Made by a program: the position numbers and the translations under genes. Under the pieces are notes generated by a model. That model worked only from the letters and a program-made list of their open reading frames with translations. It was not told the origin of the DNA and ran no database searches. Source: an uncultured delta proteobacterium (GTDB taxonomy: Bacteria > Desulfobacterota > Binatia > DP-6). From it: a DNA stretch of 64,000 nucleotides. The stretch covers positions 336,344 to 400,343 of the forward strand of contig CAWESA010000013.1 in assembly GCA_963811605.1 (NCBI GenBank), read 5' to 3'. Shown here piece by piece: positions 60,721 through 64,000 of this stretch (the first letter of the stretch is position 1; each line of letters starts with the position of its first letter).

Positions 60721-61773
60721 TCAGCCGGGGAGCACCTCGCCCAGCACGGCGAGGAAGCGCGCGAAGTCGCCGCGTGCGAGCGCTCCCATGTTGGCGACGC
60801 GGAACGCCTCGCGCGCGAACCACCCCTGGCCCTCGTAGATCACGAAGCCGCGGGCCTTGAGGGCGTCGTGCAGCGCGCCGTAGGTGCGCCCGGCCGGGAA
60901 CCGCACCGACGTGATGGTGTTGGAGCGCAGCGGCGGCGGCAGGACGCACGTGAGGCCGAGGCGCTCGAATCCCTCGCGCAGCTGCGCCGCCGCGGCGGCA
61001 TAGCGCGCGATGCGGCCGGGCACCGTCTCCTCGAGCAGCTCGGCCAGCGCCTCGTCGAGAGCGTACGCAACCTGCACCGCCGGGGTGAACGGCATGGCGG
61101 ATCGCGCGTAGGTGGCGAGGGAGAGGTAGAGCGAGCGGCGCGGGTAGGCGGCCAGCCGTTCCAGCACTTCCTCACGCACCAGCACGAACGCGATGCCCGG
61201 GAACGCCTGGATGCACTTCCCGCCCGTGCCGGCGACCAGGTCGCAGTCCCCGGCGTCGAGGGTGTCGCCGGCGAGCCCGCTGACGGCGTCGACCAGCACC
61301 AGCTTGCCGAGGGCGCGCGCCCGGCGCGCCACCTCCGCGACGGGATTCATCAGGCCCGTCGTGGTCTCGTGATGCACGACCGCGACCGCCTCGACGTCCG
61401 GGGCGCGCAGCGCAGCCTCGACCGCGTCGAGATCCGGCGGCGACGTCCAGGGCGACGCGACGACCGTGTGCGCCACGCGCGCGGCGGCGGCCATCGTGGC
61501 GATGCGCTCTCCGTAGACGCCGTTCGACACGATCACGAGCCGCCCGCGCTCCGAGCACACGCTGGCGACGGCCGCCTCCACCGCGGCCGTCCCCGACCCG
61601 GTGAGCAGCACGGCGGCGAATCCGCCCCGGGGCGCGAAGGCGTCGAGGAGCCGGCTGCGGACGCGGGCCAGCAGCTCGCTGCATTCCGGCTCGCGATGGC
61701 AGAGATCGCCCCGTCCGAGCGCCGCGGTGACGCGCGGCGAGACGTTCACCGGTCCGGGATTGAGCAGGATCAT
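60721..61773 (-). CDS. phnW: 2-aminoethylphosphonate transaminase-like class V aminotransferase
   Basis: LLNPGP, GSGT, NGVYGER, VHHETTTG, DAVS, GKCIQAFPG, FTP, GFVIY.G. Confidence 0.8.
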   Translation of the reverse strand: MILLNPGPVNVSPRVTAALGRGDLCHREPECSELLARVRSRLLDAFAPRGGFAAVLLTGSGTAAVEAAVASVCSERGRLVIVSNGVYGERIATMAAAARVAHTVVASPWTSPPDLDAVEAALRAPDVEAVAVVHHETTTGLMNPVAEVARRARALGKLVLVDAVSGLAGDTLDAGDCDLVAGTGGKCIQAFPGIAFVLVREEVLERLAAYPRRSLYLSLATYARSAMPFTPAVQVAYALDEALAELLEETVPGRIARYAAAAAQLREGFERLGLTCVLPPPLRSNTITSVRFPAGRTYGALHDALKARGFVIYEGQGWFAREAFRVANMGALARGDFARFLAVLGEVLPG

Positions 61774-63299
61774 CGCGCCGCGCTCCGTACCATCGCCCCC
61801 GGATGCGTGCCACCCGCGTCGCGCCAGCGTTCCAGGGCGCGCGTCAGCCGGTCGACCGCCGGCGCGATCTCCCGGTCGGGAACGCCCGCATACCCGAGGT
61901 GCAGCCCGCGACGCCCCGCCGGCGCGAGGTAGTAGGCGGAGAGCGCCGGCGCCACGACGTCCTCCGCGGCCGCCGCCCGGGACGCGGCGACGTCGTCCGC
62001 ACCCGACGGCAGCAGCCCGGCCACCTGCATTCCTCCGTCGCGCGGGTGCGCGAGGAGCAGGCCATCGAGACGCCTCCGCAGCGCTCGCACCAGTCGTTCC
62101 TGCCGCCCGGCGTACAGCGCGCGCATGCGCCGCACGTGCGCGGCGAAGTGTCCCTCGGTGAGAAAGTCGGCGAGCGCGGCCTGGACATCGACCGGAGGCT
62201 GCTGGCCGGTGATGCGCACGGCCGTCGTGCACGCGTCCACCAGCGACGTGGGCACGACCAGGTAGCCGACACGGAGCGCCGGGAACATCGTCTTGCTGAA
62301 CGTGCCCACGTAGACGACCCGGCCGGCGGCATCGAGGCCCTGCATCGCCGCGACCGGACGTCCGGCGTAGCGGTACTCGCTGTCGAAGTCGTCCTCCAGC
62401 ACCCAGGACCCGGCGTCGGCCGCCCAGGCCAGCAGGCGCAGCCGCCGCGCCAGGCTCATCGTCATGCCGAGCGGGAACTGGTGCGACGGCGTCACGTAGG
62501 CCAGGCGCGCCGCCGGTGCCGCGCGCGTGCCGGCCTCGACGTCGAGCCCCTCTCCGTCGGTGGGCACCGGCACGAGCGCCGCGCCCGCCGCCAGCAGGGC
62601 GCCCCGGCCCCCCAGATATCCGGGATCCTCGATCCAGGCCGCGTCGCCGGGGTCGAGCAGGAGGCGGCAGGAGAGGTCGAGCGCCGCCTGGGAGCCGGCC
62701 ACCACGATCACCTGCTCGGGCGCGCACGCGACGCCCCGCGCCGGCCCGAGATACGCGGCGATCGCCTCGCGCAGACCCGGCAGGCCGGCGGGATGACCGT
62801 AGCCGAGGGTGGCGCGCGTGCGGAGGCGGGCCCGGCGCGCGAGGAGCCGGGCCCAGAGCGCGCGTGGGAACTCGTCCAGGGCCGGCAGGCCGGGCTGGAA
62901 CGCGCGGCGTCGCGGATCGCCGGCAGGACGGCGCGTCGCGATCAGGGCCTCGCCCCGTCGCGACAGCCCGGGCGCGGCGCCGCCGCGGACCGGAGCCGCG
63001 TGCCGCGGGCGCTGTGCGTGCAGCAGCGTCTCCGGCAGGACGGCGCTGACGCGCGTACCGTCGCCGACGCGCGACTGGAGATACCCCTCCGCGACCAGTT
63101 GCTCGAAGGCCGCGACCACGGTGTTGCGGGCGGCGTCGAGATCGCGCGCCAGGACGCGCGTCGCGGGGAGGCGCGAGCCGGGCGCCAGCCGCCCGCCGAG
63201 AATGGCGTCGCGCAGCGCCGAGTAGAGCTGGCGCTGAAGGGGCACGGTCCCGGCACGCTCGAGCGCGATCGTTCCGAGCACGATGCCGGGCCGCGGCAC
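61770..63299 (-). CDS. MocR/GabR family (GntR HTH + PLP domain) regulator
   Basis: RLPATR.LA..L..ARNTV, EDPGY, TPSHQFP, EDDFDSE, GTFSK. Confidence 0.93.
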   Translation of the reverse strand: MPRPGIVLGTIALERAGTVPLQRQLYSALRDAILGGRLAPGSRLPATRVLARDLDAARNTVVAAFEQLVAEGYLQSRVGDGTRVSAVLPETLLHAQRPRHAAPVRGGAAPGLSRRGEALIATRRPAGDPRRRAFQPGLPALDEFPRALWARLLARRARLRTRATLGYGHPAGLPGLREAIAAYLGPARGVACAPEQVIVVAGSQAALDLSCRLLLDPGDAAWIEDPGYLGGRGALLAAGAALVPVPTDGEGLDVEAGTRAAPAARLAYVTPSHQFPLGMTMSLARRLRLLAWAADAGSWVLEDDFDSEYRYAGRPVAAMQGLDAAGRVVYVGTFSKTMFPALRVGYLVVPTSLVDACTTAVRITGQQPPVDVQAALADFLTEGHFAAHVRRMRALYAGRQERLVRALRRRLDGLLLAHPRDGGMQVAGLLPSGADDVAASRAAAAEDVVAPALSAYYLAPAGRRGLHLGYAGVPDREIAPAVDRLTRALERWRDAGGTHPGAMVRSAAR

Positions 63300-63317
63300 G
63301 ATCCCCGGCTACCTCAT

Positions 63318-63364
63318 ATTGGACCCAAAGAAAAGCATGAAGTGGACCTTCTCATGGAACCAAT
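63318..63364. promoter_or_regulatory. Probable MocR operator
   Basis: TGGACC direct repeats (63320, 63343) around an A-rich spacer, plus an inverted ATTGG/CCAAT pair. Confidence 0.65.
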
Positions 63365-63383
63365 CTCGCGTCACAGTCTGCCC

Positions 63384-64000
63384 ATGGATGCCTTCACGCC
63401 GACCCCACGCACGCGGGTGCGCCGCCTTCCCCAGCGCGCGACCTACGATGTCGCCACCGTGCACGCGATCCTCGACGCCGGGCTCGTCTGCACCCTGAGC
63501 TTCGTCGAGGACGGCCGCCCGGTCACGATCCCGACGGCCTACGCACGCATCGACGACGCCCTCGTGTTCCACGGCTCGGCCAAGAGCCGGACGCTCATCG
63601 CCGTCGCGGCCGGCGCCGAGCTGTGCGTCACCATCACGCATCTCGACGGCCTCGTGCTGGCCCGGTCGGCGTTCCATCACTCGGTCAACTACCGCTCCGT
63701 GGTGGTCTTCGGGCGCGCCGCCGCCATCACCGACCCGGCGCGCAAGCTCGCGCTGCTCGAGCGCTTCGTCGAACGCCTCTATCCGGGCCACTGGCAGGCG
63801 ACGCGACCGCCGAGCGAGCAGGAGCTCAAGGGCACCGCCGTGCTCGAGCTGCCGCTGCGCGAGGTGGTCGCGAAGGTACGGAGCGGCGGTCCGCTCGACG
63901 ACGAGGCCGATCTGACCAGACCGGTGTGGGCCGGCGTGGTGCCGATACGGTTGACCGCGGGTGCGCCGCGCACGGCGCCCGACGTCGCCAGCGGGTTCAG
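63384..64000 (+). CDS. Pyridoxamine 5'-phosphate oxidase-like flavin-binding protein (3'-truncated)
   Basis: MDAFTPTPRTRVRRLPQRATYD, FHGS, DGLVLARSAFHHSVNYRSVV; open to the window end. Confidence 0.9.
   Translation, partial: MDAFTPTPRTRVRRLPQRATYDVATVHAILDAGLVCTLSFVEDGRPVTIPTAYARIDDALVFHGSAKSRTLIAVAAGAELCVTITHLDGLVLARSAFHHSVNYRSVVVFGRAAAITDPARKLALLERFVERLYPGHWQATRPPSEQELKGTAVLELPLREVVAKVRSGGPLDDEADLTRPVWAGVVPIRLTAGAPRTAPDVASGF

Overview
Very GC-rich, gene-dense bacterial chromosomal window with about 60 CDS. I saw no rRNA, tRNA, CRISPR array, transposase or phage gene. Gene style is compatible with a soil deltaproteobacterial-like lineage such as Candidatus Binatia (inference only). Contents: housekeeping genes (rhlB-like helicase, glmS, glmU, asd, htpX, short mutY, eno); an alpha-glucan/glucoside degradation operon (VTT-flavoprotein fusion, Zn glucose dehydrogenase, debranching enzyme, GH15, GH63); and a ~20 kb envelope-lipid tailoring region (41.9-61.8 kb). 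That region combines hpnR and hpnK with two HpnL/UPF0104 proteins, two ArnT-like transferases, DegT/GT2/Gfo sugar genes, AsnB, an Omp85 barrel, and a cytidylyltransferase, CDP-alcohol phosphotransferase and PhnW-like aminotransferase. The main non-coding signal is a ~320-nt structured minus-strand unit at 11439-11792: sigma70-like promoter, 18-nt perfect complement of the 16S rRNA 3' end, a 14-codon ORF and a branched terminator. Three genes carry single-base frameshifts, probably assembly errors. All calls come from motif reading, not database searches.
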